The notes beneath the pieces were generated by a model. It had not been told where the DNA came from. It ran no database searches and worked only from the letters and a program-made list of their open reading frames with translations. Position numbers and translations under genes: made by a program. 64,000 nucleotides of DNA from Squalus acanthias (Eukaryota): contig CM059432.1 of the NCBI GenBank assembly GCA_030390025.1, positions 118,422,001-118,486,000 on the forward strand, read 5' to 3'. Positions within the stretch are counted from its first letter, which is position 1; each line of letters begins with the position of its first letter. Of the stretch, positions 11,920 to 24,092 are shown one piece after another.

Positions 11920-14167
11920 CATGCCAGAAGCCATTATCAGTCTTTGACGGACGGCCCTTGCAGTTTCAACATTGTGGGCCTCCCTCCCACCTTGGTGCTG
12001 CTGCTGATCATCCTCCTCCTCTTTCTCCTCCTCCGGAGGTGCTCCAAGGCCTGGTGGCATTGGCTGGGTCCTGAGGATTGCCAGGTTATGCAGCATGCAG
12101 CACACAACTATGAAGAGGGAGACTCGCTCAGGCGAGTACTGCAGGATTCCTCCTGAGTGGTCCAGACAGCGGAACCGTTGCTTAAACACGCCGATCGTCT
12201 GCTCAATGATGTTCCTGGTGGCGAGATGGGTCTTATTGTACCGGAGCTCAGCAGGGGTGTTGGGGTTAGAGGGCGGTGTCATCAGCCAGGTGCAGAGTGG
12301 ATACCCTTGTCCCCGAGGAGCCAACCACTTGGCTGATGCGATGCCTGGAAAAGTTCTGCCACAGTAGCCTGGCGCAGGATGAAAGCATCGTGGCTGCTGC
12401 CAGGATAGCGAGCATTGACAGCGAGTGTCAGCTGTCTGCGGATACAGCAATGGACCGTGATCTGGGAGATATTGGCGATGTCCCCAGTAGATGCTTGAGA
12501 GGAGCCGCTGGCATAAAAATTCAGAGCCACTGTTGAAGGGATAATTACTAGTCCTAGCCCTTTTAGGTCTACCCCGGATCAGGCGTATTCCCCAGATGTT
12601 CACTTTCAACTAAAGTTTGAGGTAGCCGAATCCTAAAGACGCTTAATTGGGTCTAAAGGTCCAGACTATCTCTCCCTAAAGGAAAGGAACAACCTGAAGA
12701 TGTTACCGTCCTCCAGATAGCACTTTTAATAAGTTTAGCTCGACTGTAACGTTCCGGATATTATGAGGGTCTGGAAAACTCCCTCAGAATTCTGCAACTC
12801 CTCACCAAAGAGCGAACAGAGATTGAGTTTGCGAGTTTGATACAGAAGTACTATGTGAGATAATTCTAAAAATATATAGATTTATTAAAGAACCGACATG
12901 TAATTTACAGTTGGTGATTCAATCGCAACATTAGCAGTTCCAAATACAAAAAGCTTTTACAATTCTATGATCAGAGATCCTTATTCTCAAATCTTAACTT
13001 CGCTAGTTTTATAGTTCTTAGTTTATTCCAGGATATCCATCAAAATCAAATACAATACCATTGATCCCCGCGATACAAAAAGTTGTAGACTTACAGAGCT
13101 TGCCTCTGAAGCCGAGAATTGCTTTGCCCCTTTACAGTGAGACTATCATCCCATTTGAAAGTTCAATTTTTATACCCTTTCTCAGTGGTATATCCTTTGA
13201 AGTTTTTTGCTGATATAAGCTAATTATCTCTAGTCATTTTTCTGTTGACCCCTGCTATTCTTACAGTCAGTTCAGCTGGTAGCATTGCAGACTCATGTCT
13301 CTCCTTTAGGTGTTCGAAGCTTATCATAAAAACGGTGTAGCCAGCAGGTGCATCTATTTGATGTCATTCTTACCAAGGTCTTCCATGCAATTCTTACATC
13401 ACCTCAGCTGGTTGCAACACAGAATCGTGTCTCCTAGGTGTTCCAAGTTCAACACAAAAACAATGTGATGGCTGGTGCCTCCCCCACTTGATGCCATTCC
13501 CATGAAGGCATATGTTTCTTAATTGTCTGTGATTATTTTGATGTAATTTTTACAAAGGCATATGTTTCTTCTTCTTTTCGGTGTTTCTTTCTGAAGTGTT
13601 GGTTTAAGACACTTTAACAGGGTATACCATTGTGTTCTTTCCAAGGCTTCAGACTATCAGGAACCTCCAACCTCCTGTTTCAACAAGGCTATTGATTCAG
13701 TGTCAACAACTTATCTTATCTCAATAGCCTGTATGCTGTTTACAGCTTTTCCATTTTTAGGTTTTTAGATTTTCCAGCCCAGTTTGTCATGTTTTAATAA
13801 AGTCAGAATTATTTTATTGAATGGTGTATTTTTCTGAATAGGTATATTGCTTATTCCTTCACACTATGACCTTCACTGTCACCGACCGAGATGACCTGGT
13901 CCTCAGTTGAGGCTGTAGATCTGGCTGCAGCAGGTGGCAGAGCTCAGTGACCACCTCCTTGCTGAAGCACAGCCTATGCAAACACTGCTCCTCAGACAAA
14001 TGAATGTAGGAGAATTGTTCCCGGAATACCCTGGGAGGGTAAGGTCTCCTGTGCACAGGCCTGTTGGCCCTCCTCTCTCTGGCCATAATTGCCACTCTCT
14101 CTCTGCGTTTCTAATGCCTCCAATTCTGCAGGCGCAGGACGACGCCCCGAATCAGTGCAGCCCCCTA
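11920..14167 (-). pseudogene. Harbinger (HARBI1-like) DDE transposase of H2, disrupted
   Basis: Fragments YPPRVFREQFSY..VKV(T)VALNFYASGS..NARYPGSSHDAFIL..WLLGDKG..RNIIEQTIGVFKQRFRCLD. It has frameshifts, a deletion of the first catalytic-Asp region, and an LTR insertion. Confidence 0.9.
12534..13861 (-). mobile_element. Solo LTR (1328 bp) inserted in the H2 transposase
   Basis: Termini TGAAGGGATAA / TTATTCCTTCA with a 6-bp TSD CACTGT/CACTAT. Removing it restores VKVTVAL. Minus-strand TATAAAA at ~13170, AATAAA at ~13025 and ~12884, and internal direct repeats at ~13275-13500. Confidence 0.8.
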
Positions 14168-14380
14168 TGTCTCTTGACAATCGAAGTAATGAAGGTCAAA
14201 TCCAAAAGAGCCTGAAAAGTGCTGCTCAGTAGCCAAAACTACTTCACACAGCGTTGATTCTCTGCAGAAGTCTCTCTCTCTCTCTCTCTCTGTCAGAATG
14301 AGTGGTGCAAAAATGTCTCCCACAAAAAAAGGCAGGAAGACGATGCCTTTAAATAGCGCTCCCCCAGCCCCTCACTGACT

Positions 14381-14851
14381 AGACTAATACCTGGAATGGG
14401 CGGGTTGGCTTATGAGGAAAGGTTGGACAGGTTAGGCTTGTATCCACTGGAGTTTAGAAGAGTAAGAGGTGACTTGATTGAAACATATAAGATCCTGAGG
14501 GGTCTGGACAGGGTGGATGTGGAGAGGATGTTTCCTCTTGTGGGAGAATCTAGAACTAGGGGTCACTGTTTAAAAATAAGGGGTCGTCCATTTAAGACAG
14601 AGATGAGGAGAAATTTTTTCTCACAGAGGGTCGTGAGTCTTTGGAACTCTCTTCCTCAGAGGGCGGTGGAAGCAGAGTCTTTGAATATTTTTAAGGCAGA
14701 GGTAGATAGATTCTTGGTAAGCAAGGGGTGAAAAGTTATCGGGGGTAGGCGGGAATGTGGAGTAATCGGATCAGCCATGATCTTATTGAATGGCGGAGCA
14801 GGCTCGAAGGGCCGAGTGGCCTACTCCTGCTCCTAATTCGTATGTTCGTAT
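14381..14851 (+). mobile_element. CR1 LINE 3' fragment
   Basis: ORF 14396-14731 (LAYEERL..RGDLIETYK..RRNFFSQRVV) plus CR1 3' UTR. Absent from the related element at 46863-47712. Confidence 0.9.
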
Positions 14852-16140
14852 AAAACGTTCCAGTCTCCCTGTCGTTGCTTGCGGCAGGCGGAAAGGAAGG
14901 GGGCGCCACTCAATATCCGGTCTGGGGCGCCACCGGGGCATTGCACGCTTGACTGACATCACGATCTGCGGGCGCAGGAGATCGTGGCGGTAGAGTTTAG
15001 CGCTGCCGCAAAAACTCTGGTCAATTTCATGAGCGGCGCAAACAACGCCGCGCGCAGGCGCTAGTTGCTTGGCGCCCCATTAGCGCCCTCTTAGAGCGCT
15101 AACAGGAGGCGCAAAGCAACCAAATTTTTCCCCCATTATTTTTCCCCACATAGTGTAAAATAAGCAGTTGAAGTCAGAGTTTAGCATGGATTACTTCCCT
15201 TTAAACCATTTTAAATTTTAATAGCTTTCTTTCATTTGTGTCTCTCCAATTACAACTGGAACAGTAATTTGTATGCAGATCATTTTTAGTTATAGAACAA
15301 TCAGAATTAATTTCTGTTTAAATGATACTGTTGTAAATTTTAAAAAAAGAGTTGTATGAACATTTCCTAATGTATTAGTTCATTAGATTATCCCAGCTTT
15401 GATTCCTTTTTTAAAAAATATCCAGTGACTAACACTTCATCCATACCTTGGGCTATCATCTCCCATGACTGCTGATATCACTGTCTACCTATATAACTGG
15501 TGTGATTATAGACTGCAGTGTGCAAGCTACTGAAATGAATGCGTGCTTAAAGAGTTACTCCAATGCATCTTTTCCTGTTGTATTTAGAGTGCCATTCTGC
15601 CTTAGCTACAAGTCAATAAAGGCAATTTCTGTTGCACTTTGTTGAAACAGTTGAGAGGATGACAAGCATTCAATATATCATTTTGAATTTAAATTACTGT
15701 ATGGATATTTTTTCAAACCTAGTGAGTAGTTGATAATTCATTTATATGTCATTGACTTCACCCACTGATATAAATGTTACAGTACATAAGCTTTTAATAC
15801 AAAACACTTTCTTTAAGAGTAGTCTACATCTGTGCTATTAATGCAGTCATTCATTAACAAATGGACATTTATAACTGTAGTTAGATGTCATTTTAGTAAT
15901 TCAAATAAGCCTCTGATTACAATTACTTTCCCATCCACTGACAGTTGTAGATAAAGCAAAATCTTTATAGCACATCCAATATTTCAGCTGTCCAGGATGC
16001 TGCCACTTGAACAGTGCTCCAAGATTTCAGTATTTCGAGGCAAGTACATACTGGTAACAGGCACAATAAGAGTTACAGCTGAAGAAAATAAAAACAAGTC
16101 GTAGAAGAAAGTGATTAACATCCCACAGTGAAAACTCTTA

Positions 16141-17922
16141 GGCCTCGATTTCACCTATTGAGGCAGGTCCGGTCCTGCCGGGGTCAGTGGTGGGGTGCGA
16201 CCCCACTGCTGGCTCCATCACGTCTGTGAAATGATTTTACGCTGGTTGGGCTTTTGAATCCCGCCCAGCGCGTTTCCCGGCCATTTGAAGAAAGCGGGTC
16301 TAATGATGTAATTTGATGATGTGTCATCAGCTGGTTTCCTTAAAAGGACATTGCGCATATTAATTTTGACAGTTCTTCTGTCAGTGTTCTACAGCATTGA
16401 GGTGCTGCAAACACTGACAATCACTGCACAGAGGAGCACGGCTGCACCCAGCCTCTCCCATGAATCCCTCCATATGCTTATGGAGGGAGTCACAGTACTC
16501 AGGGAGGTCCACTTCCCTTCCAATGGGTGTAAGAGACCTCCCCAGGAGATCAACGCAGCCTGGTTGCACATTGCACAGGAGGACACAAGCAGGGATGTCA
16601 TCAGGAGGACCAGGCTGCAGTGGCGCAAAACTTTCAATGATCTCAGTAGATCACGAAACGTTACTGCAAAGCCACACTCAACCTCATCCTGCTGTGCCAC
16701 CCATCAAATCCCTATCACTCTGCCTTCCCTACCCTACTCCTGCACATCCTTACTCACACCAACTTACTTGCACCTCCACCCATCTCTCTCTATCTACATG
16801 ATCACTTCCCCATCTCACTAGTCACCCCTCACACTCACCCTCATCCTAGTCCAATCATATCAACTAACAACACACAAGGGTAGGCACTTGTTTTTTTTAG
16901 CCAATGTTCATGTAAAGTTGCTGTTAATATGGTGCCAAACATTGAAACTTTTATTTTCAACACTTTACATTATTGGACAGATCTGTGTGCACATTTGGAA
17001 GTGGCTTAGTGAGTTGCAGTGAATGGTGAGACATAACGGTATCCCCCGCAATGGCGATGAGTGTGAAAGGAATGGTTTGAGTATTGTAGGGATACTTTAT
17101 GGTGTTGGTGTGGGGTGGTGCCAACCTGGTGCATCATGAGGCAGCCAGGGTGTACAGCGTCAAGTGAAGTAAATCTGGCCATGGTGAGGCCATCCCTGGT
17201 GGCCCAGGCAGCAATGTGGTTGGGTGCTGATGCCCTGTATCCTGTGCAGCATCAGGTGATTGTGGAGAAGGTTGGTGTTGTGGGGGTGATGCTGGTGTGC
17301 CTGGTGCTGCTGGTGTTGGGGCTGATCGTGGAGGATTCTGAGGACCAAGGTGAGATAGTTTCAAGGGCACCGATGCTGATGGAATAGATGGCAGGTGAGG
17401 TTGAGATGACAGTAGCGATCTGTCAATGGTGAGAGAGGTTGTTTCAATGAGGTGACACTGGATAGAGAGTTTGCTCCAAACACTTGCAAGCTGCATAAAG
17501 CTCAATCTGTCTTTCAAATGCAGTAAGCAACAACTTCTACCCTTGGAAAGTGAACACCTATGAAATGGAAGTTTTTATAGAACATTTTCAGCTATCAAGT
17601 TAAGAAATCATCACATGCTGACACAACACCCGACCTCCTTACCTGACGTGATCCCCGAGCATTGGGAAAGCCGTTGGCGAACTCTAAAAATCTAAAGGTG
17701 AGCTGAAAATACTATTTAATTGCCTCTTAACAATCCAGCTAATGATCTAAATTGCCTCCCCCGCCGCTTGGTGTCAGGTCTGTTCAACGATGACAGACCC
17801 GACGTCTGGGAGACTAGCATGGTGGCGGGTTGACAGCAGGTTCCCTACCCGCTGTCAAAAAATTTTTTTGCCAGCCAACCCGCCACTAAATGCCCCCACT
17901 GAACCCCTGAAAAATTCCAGCC
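16141..17922. mobile_element. Non-autonomous Harbinger, family B copy 1
   Basis: GGCCTCGATTT / AAATTCCAGCC ends, TSD TTA. Myb exon-1 relic on + (~16420-16660) and fused transposase N- and C-terminal relic on -. Confidence 0.85.
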
Positions 17923-19817
17923 TTAGTGTATACTGGACATCAAATTTCACAGGAATCAACTATTTCTTGATAAACCTAAAGTAATAGTTTTATAATTGCT
18001 ATCCCTTTTGAAGAGGACATTATCAAGGACACAGAACTTACTGTCAGCTGGCATCTGTACTGACATCTACTATCGGCACCTCTGTTGACAACTAACAGAA
18101 TACGATCTTCACATAAGATTGAATACTACATAATATAAATAATAGAAAAGAGAAAAGAATGATTTCAAAGCTGGAATTTAATCTCAGCGGTTCAGGTGAT
18201 GATTGTGAACCACTGGAGCCGGGCTCTCTCAGTTCAATAACTTCTGAACCTCTCAATTAGATTAGAGACTTGTAATCACTCCCATATATTCGTCACTTGT
18301 CTTTGTTATTGTCATTTACTTGCTCTCCCCCTATATATAAACCATACTTTATACTTCTATAAGCTTTTTGTTGTTGTATCATCGAGGCATGTAATCACCC
18401 CAAACCAATACAATACTACATACATTTCATTCACTGTGGCCAAAGAAAATCAGTACAGCACATAACATGTTCTATATACTGCTTATACCTGCTTATGACA
18501 ATGCAAGTTCAGTATGGATATGTATGAATTTTCATAATGGACAAGCTTGAAGAGGCTAAATTTAAATAATTTGTACTTAATATGCTATTGTAAAAAAGAG
18601 AGGTGTTTTAATTACCAGGTACAGGTGTTGTGGCTATTACTGGAATAGTAATACAGAGAACGCAAGTTCAAATCCCACCATGGCAGTTTGAGAAATTGAA
18701 TTCAATTCAATAATTCTGGAAATAAGTAGCTGGTATTGGTAAAGTTGGTAGGCTGGTGAAGAAGAGGAACAGTAGCTGGATGACGGGGTTGCAGTCAGCT
18801 TTAAGTGACTGCAATGAATATTGCTGTCATCACTTCAGTGCATTTAGACTCTGAAAAATTTCCAAAAGGCAACTGAAAAAATGCCAATACAACAAAAAGG
18901 ATACAAGTAGAATCTCCTTTCATTGCCAGCAACTGAACATGATTGTATAGGACGTAACATAGGGAGAACATTTTTTCATTATTTAGCTGGTGCCTTCAAA
19001 TTGCATACATGTTATGCAGCAGCAAACTCAGATATGTTAATTTTCTTAGTTGGATGTTGCTGGTCATTTCATTATCTTGTCTGAAGCAGTTGGGGATATA
19101 CAAATAGCATTCTCCCCAAGTTTTAGAGTAAATACAGGCTGCCTGGTGGAAGATAATCTAAATTTTGTGGCTTCAATAGGCATCTCTAAAAAGCCACTCA
19201 CAATGAATAGCAATGTACCACTGCATACAAACATCTGTACATTTTACTGTTAACTTTTAAAAATGATGACTTCTGGATGTTGACCAGCTTCAAACTTAGT
19301 GGCCTAGAAATTTGGTATCTGTGCGCCGGCCTTTACTGCTAGGTTGCTGCAAAAAAATGGCATCCGCCTCGCTTCTGCCTGTCTCTGACGTGGGACACGG
19401 CACCCGCCATTTTGGTAAGGGCCATAGCACTAGCCTCTGAAATGTAAATGAGCAATGCTAACTTGATGCCACGACTGCAAACTTCGACCTTTTCACTCAA
19501 CGCCAGGTCCTAAGCACGCTCAGAAAAGCATGCGTGCCGCAGCCCTGCAGAGACGCTGTCAACTCTTCTTAAAGGGACAAACACATCTTTCAGCTAAGTT
19601 TGGATTTAAGCTTTTGGACTAGATTTTTTATGTTTTATTGAAGTAGTGGCTTGGTGCAATATATGTTAAAAGTTTTTTAAGTGTGCAGGGCATGCAGGGA
19701 GTGCTGCTGGATGCTTGCAAGGTTTCGGATGGTAAAGGAAGGCCTCTGAAAAGACAGAAAATGTTGGAAATACTCAGCAGGTCGGGCAACATCCGTGGAG
19801 AGAAAAACAAAGTTCAT

Positions 19818-22354
19818 GGCCGGACTTTTGCCTACCTGGGCGGGTCCGGTGCGGGCAGTGTCCGTGGCAGGCCACAACCCCGCTGCTGGCTCCATCATGC
19901 TATTGAAAATGAACTTATCATAATGGGGCCTATTAAGCCCACCCAGCGCATTACCCGGCCCAATGAGATGGAGTGGGTCTGGTGATGTCATTCATGATGC
20001 ATTTTCAGCCAGGATCCTTAAAGGGACCATGGACACATTATATTTGAAGTTTAATCTAACATAGTGCTGTCAGTTCACTACAGCATTGGAGTGCTGCAAA
20101 CACTGACAGTGACTGCACAGAGGCAGAGGGCTGCATGCAGGTTCTCCGATGAGTCAGAGCACACAGGGAGGTCCTCTTCCCTTCCAATGGGTGTAAGAGA
20201 CCTCCCCAGGAGGCCAAGACAACCTGGTTGCAGATTGCAGAGGAGGTCACAAGCAGGGATGTGGTCAGGAGGACCTGGGTGCAGTGCTGCAAACATTTCA
20301 ATTATCTCATTAGCTCAGGAAGTGTTAGCACAAATCCACACTCAACCTCATCCTGCTGTGCCTCTCATCACATCCCCATCACTCTGCCTTCCCTACCCTA
20401 CTCCTGCACATCCTTACTCACACCAACATACCTTGCACCTCCACCCATCCCTCTCCATCTACATTATTACTTCCCCATCTCACGAGCCACCCCTCACACT
20501 CGCCCTCATCCTAGTGCAATCATACCAACTAACAACACACAAGGGTAGACACTTGGGTGTTTTATGCAATGTTTATGTAAAGTTTCTGTTAATGTGGTGT
20601 CAAACATAAAAATCTATACTTTCAACACTTTCTGGTCTTGGACAGATTTGTGTGCATCTTTGGAAGTGGTTTAGTGAGTTGCAGTGAATGGTGAGACATA
20701 ATGGTACCCCCCGCAATGGTGATGAGTGTGAAAGGAATGGCTTGGTCATTGTAGGAATGCTTTATGGTGTTGGTGTGGGGTGGTGCCAATCTGGCGCATC
20801 ATGTGGCAGCCATATGTGTGTACAGCATCAAGTTAACTAAATCTGGCCATGATGAGGCCATCCCTGGCCTCCTGGGCAGCAATGTGCTCAGGTGCTGTTG
20901 CCCTGTGTCCTGTGTAGCATCAGGTGATTGCGGCGAAGGTTAGTGTTGTTGTTGGTGCTGCTGGTGTGGCAGGTGCTGCTGGTGTTGGGGCTCATTGTGG
21001 TCCGATTCTGTGGACCAAGGTGAGACTGTATAAACGGCACCCATGTTGATGGAATAGATGGCAGGAGAGGTAAAGATGACAGAAGCATTCTGTCAATGGT
21101 GAGAGAGGTTCTTCCAATGAGGTGAGACTGGATGGAGACTTTGCTGGAAACACTTGCAGCCGGCAGAATCTGTGCTGGAAATGGACTGAGCAACAGCTTC
21201 TGCCTGAGGAAAGTGATCATCTGTCAGGTGGGAGCTTTTACTGTACATTTGAAGCTGTCAAGTAATCAGCTGGAGCAATGGCCACGGAACTCCTGCCCCA
21301 GGTTGAGAGACATGGTTCCCGAGCTGTGTGAATCCTGTGGCCCTGCAGGAAAATTTAAAATGTAGGGGCAAAAGGCTCTTAAGTGCCTGTAAAGTACCTG
21401 ATAATGGCCAGAAAATTAGACCTAATACGCGAGAGTACGCACTGTGTACTCTCGCGTATTAGGTCCCGAAGTGCCGGTTTCCTGCATGCACTGAGCATGC
21501 GCGGGAAACCGGCACTTCGGGTATTGCAAAGGGGGCGGTTCCTAAGTGAACCGCGTGCACGCTATAGGCTGTGCGCACGCAGTGCACTTTGTTTTTTTTT
21601 CAGCTTTGAACGCGCAGGTAAGTGTTGAAGATTTTACACATAAAGAAAGCAGGCGTAAGACCCCCTTTTAACAAGGTAAGTAGTTAATTAAGTATTATTT
21701 TTAATTTTTTTCAACAGGTTTATCTTTTTTAGAGACTTTAAAGAAAAGTAAGTTTATTTTTATAACTTTTAAAAAGAATTAAAAATTTTTCAAATGTTTT
21801 TATTTTTGTTTAAAGTGGTTAATTTATTTAACTATAGTTATTTTATTAATGTGATGGCTTTTTTTTTAAATTTAATTGAGGTTTAGCTGTTCTTTTGGGG
21901 GCTTGTTGTATTCATAGCTTTGACAGCTCTTGCTGTCAAAACTATGAATGAAAGATGGTGTGCTGCCATTGGCTCTAACTGGCCCACCTGATCCCAGAGG
22001 TCGCATCGAATTAACTGCGCTTCTGGGACACGCACACACTGCGCGCCGGCACCAGGGAGAGGCCCAGGAACTGAAGTTCGTGTGGGCCCGAACCATAAAG
22101 GTAGGCACGGAGTGCGATATCGCGGGGGATCCTTACCCCCGCGGCAACCATCGAACTCCAATTTCTGGGCCATTGATTTCAATTGGGGCCCCCACCACTG
22201 CTGGTGGGGTCGGCTCCGCGATGACAGACGCGCCTGGGGGAAAGGCGTGTGGGGGTGGGATGACAGTGGGTTCCCGACCTGCTGTCAAAAATATCAACTT
22301 TCCCACCCAACCTGCCACCGATTGCGCCCGCTACCACCCCGGAAAATTCTGGCC
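19818..22354. mobile_element. Non-autonomous Harbinger, family B copy 2
   Basis: GGCCGGACTTTT / AAAATTCTGGCC ends, TSD CAT. Colinear with 16141-17922 and 28156-29943. Confidence 0.85.
21406..22171. mobile_element. Harbinger-type MITE, family A copy 1
   Basis: TIRs GGCCAGAAAATT / AATTTCTGGGCC, TSD AAT/ATT (one mismatch). Homologous to 26520-27232 and 37271-38034. Confidence 0.8.
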
Positions 22355-24092
22355 CATGTCTCAGGTCGAGATGCTGCCTGACCTGCTGATTATTTCCAGC
22401 TTTTCATGCTTTTATTTCAGATTTCCAGCATCTGCTCACCGGGGGAAGAGGAAGACACAGAAGTGGAAGAAGCAGAAGAGGAGGAGGCAACCCAGACTGA
22501 CCTTCTCTGGCTGGGATATCTGGGATGGAAACATCCACCTGCGATACCAGTGATCACAACTCCAATTCCCCTTTCAGCATTAGTCCCTACACCTTACCTT
22601 CCCTCTGTTACTGATCATCACAGCGTCCTCTTGGCCACGATGCAGAAATAAAAGCCACCACAAAGCAAACTTTCCAATCCAACTTTATACATCTATCAAT
22701 CAATATGACATCAAGAAATCAACTAATCACCCTGTACATTCCCTTAGTGACTGTCTTTTGTGTGCCTTTGCCTATCTTACCGATGTCATGCAGTGCTACC
22801 CCAGTGGCTGCAGCATGGCTGGTGGAAGGCTGCTGACTTTCAATGGCTGATGCTGCAGATCGCTTTGCTGGTTGAACATGAGGAGCTGGTGGTTGGGAGT
22901 ATCAAATCGAGTGATGTTGTTTCTTCTTCTTCTTCACTCTCCTCTCCCTCTTCTTGTTCAACGACTGGCTGGGCAGGCTACATTTCTTGGGTATGTGAAA
23001 TGAGGAAGGCACAAGAGTAGAGTTGTGGTAAGGGGAGGGGAGTAAAGCAAGAGCTGCCTGCTTACACCATGCGCACCTTGTAAATCAGAAGATATTTTGG
23101 ATGAGGGGGAAGTGGGATGTGAGAAGGAGGATAACGTATGAGGATACCAGCATCTTGTATTCTTTCAGCCCCACCACTGGCCAAGGGCTCAGTCATGCCC
23201 CTGCCAAGAATGTCAACAACACTGTTACACCCTAGTGGTGTGTGTACACTATCAGGCGCAATGTACCACTAATATAAATCAAGGATCTTTAGCAGCTCTC
23301 CTGCATTTTATATAGGGCACTGAAAACAGGTTCTGATCACTTTCTCCTGCTCTTGTTCTTACTTCGCTCTCCAGCCTGAGGAGCTTTCAATAAACGCCAG
23401 ACAAAATCCATTTTTTCTCTATCAGTTTTCAAACGTGATTCCTCCAAATATACCCAGGTTATCCTGCACGAGCAATCTGGCTGTGGTTATTAGTTACAAT
23501 GCAGAACAAAACCCCATCCAATCTGAGCTTCCTAGATATTGCACGAAATGAACTGAGGGTTGATGCTTTTTGAAATGCTCACCTATAATTATTGTTCTTC
23601 ACACAGTACACACTACCTGGATGGAAGACCAGATCTGAGGGAAGTTATTATGAGTCGTTATTGTTTCACATCAAATACATAACCTACAGCCTTCCTACGG
23701 GATCCTACAGCAACAACTTGCATTTACATAGTCTGTAAAAAGTGCTGACACTCGCCAAATTAAATGCTCCAAAACTTTTCCCTCTGGGAAGGCACCGAAA
23801 GGGGATTGATTAATAGCTGAGCTTGCTGAGTTTAGCCTGATATAATTACTTGAGCTAATTAAAGTTCACAAGGAGGCTAAACTGTGAGGATTTCTTGTGA
23901 GGGCTTTTAATTAGGCTACTATAACAGAATTACCTAAATCTAGCTGTGTACAAGTCACCTATTTCTCCTTAAACTTGGCCTCAGATTCTTAGTCGGCTGA
24001 AGAAAGTATTAAGAGAATTATTAGGAGAGATGAAGTTAGTTTTAACAACATGTACCACAAAACTACACATCTTAAGAGCAGACATTCCAATT

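Larger units (their letters stand above)
7804..15134. mobile_element. PIF/Harbinger transposon (element H2) carrying two solo LTRs and a CR1 fragment
   Basis: TIRs GGGGGAGAAATT / AATTTTTCCCCC, TSD ATT. Myb gene (+) is convergent with the transposase (-). Confidence 0.9.
19750..22435. mobile_element. Penelope pLTR-derived repeat (19750-19817 + 22355-22435) split by a Harbinger
   Basis: AAATGTTGGAAATACTCAGCAGGTC..GAGAGAAAAACAAAGTTCAT | GTCTCAGGTCGAGATGCTGCCTGACCTGCTG. Confidence 0.75.
19301..23220. mobile_element. Truncated Harbinger relic hosting a Penelope pLTR and nested elements
   Basis: Left TIR-like GGCCTAGAAATTT. Transposase-end and Myb-exon relics at ~22436-23220 resemble H1 5400-5700 and 6600-6850. 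Right end not found. Confidence 0.6.
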
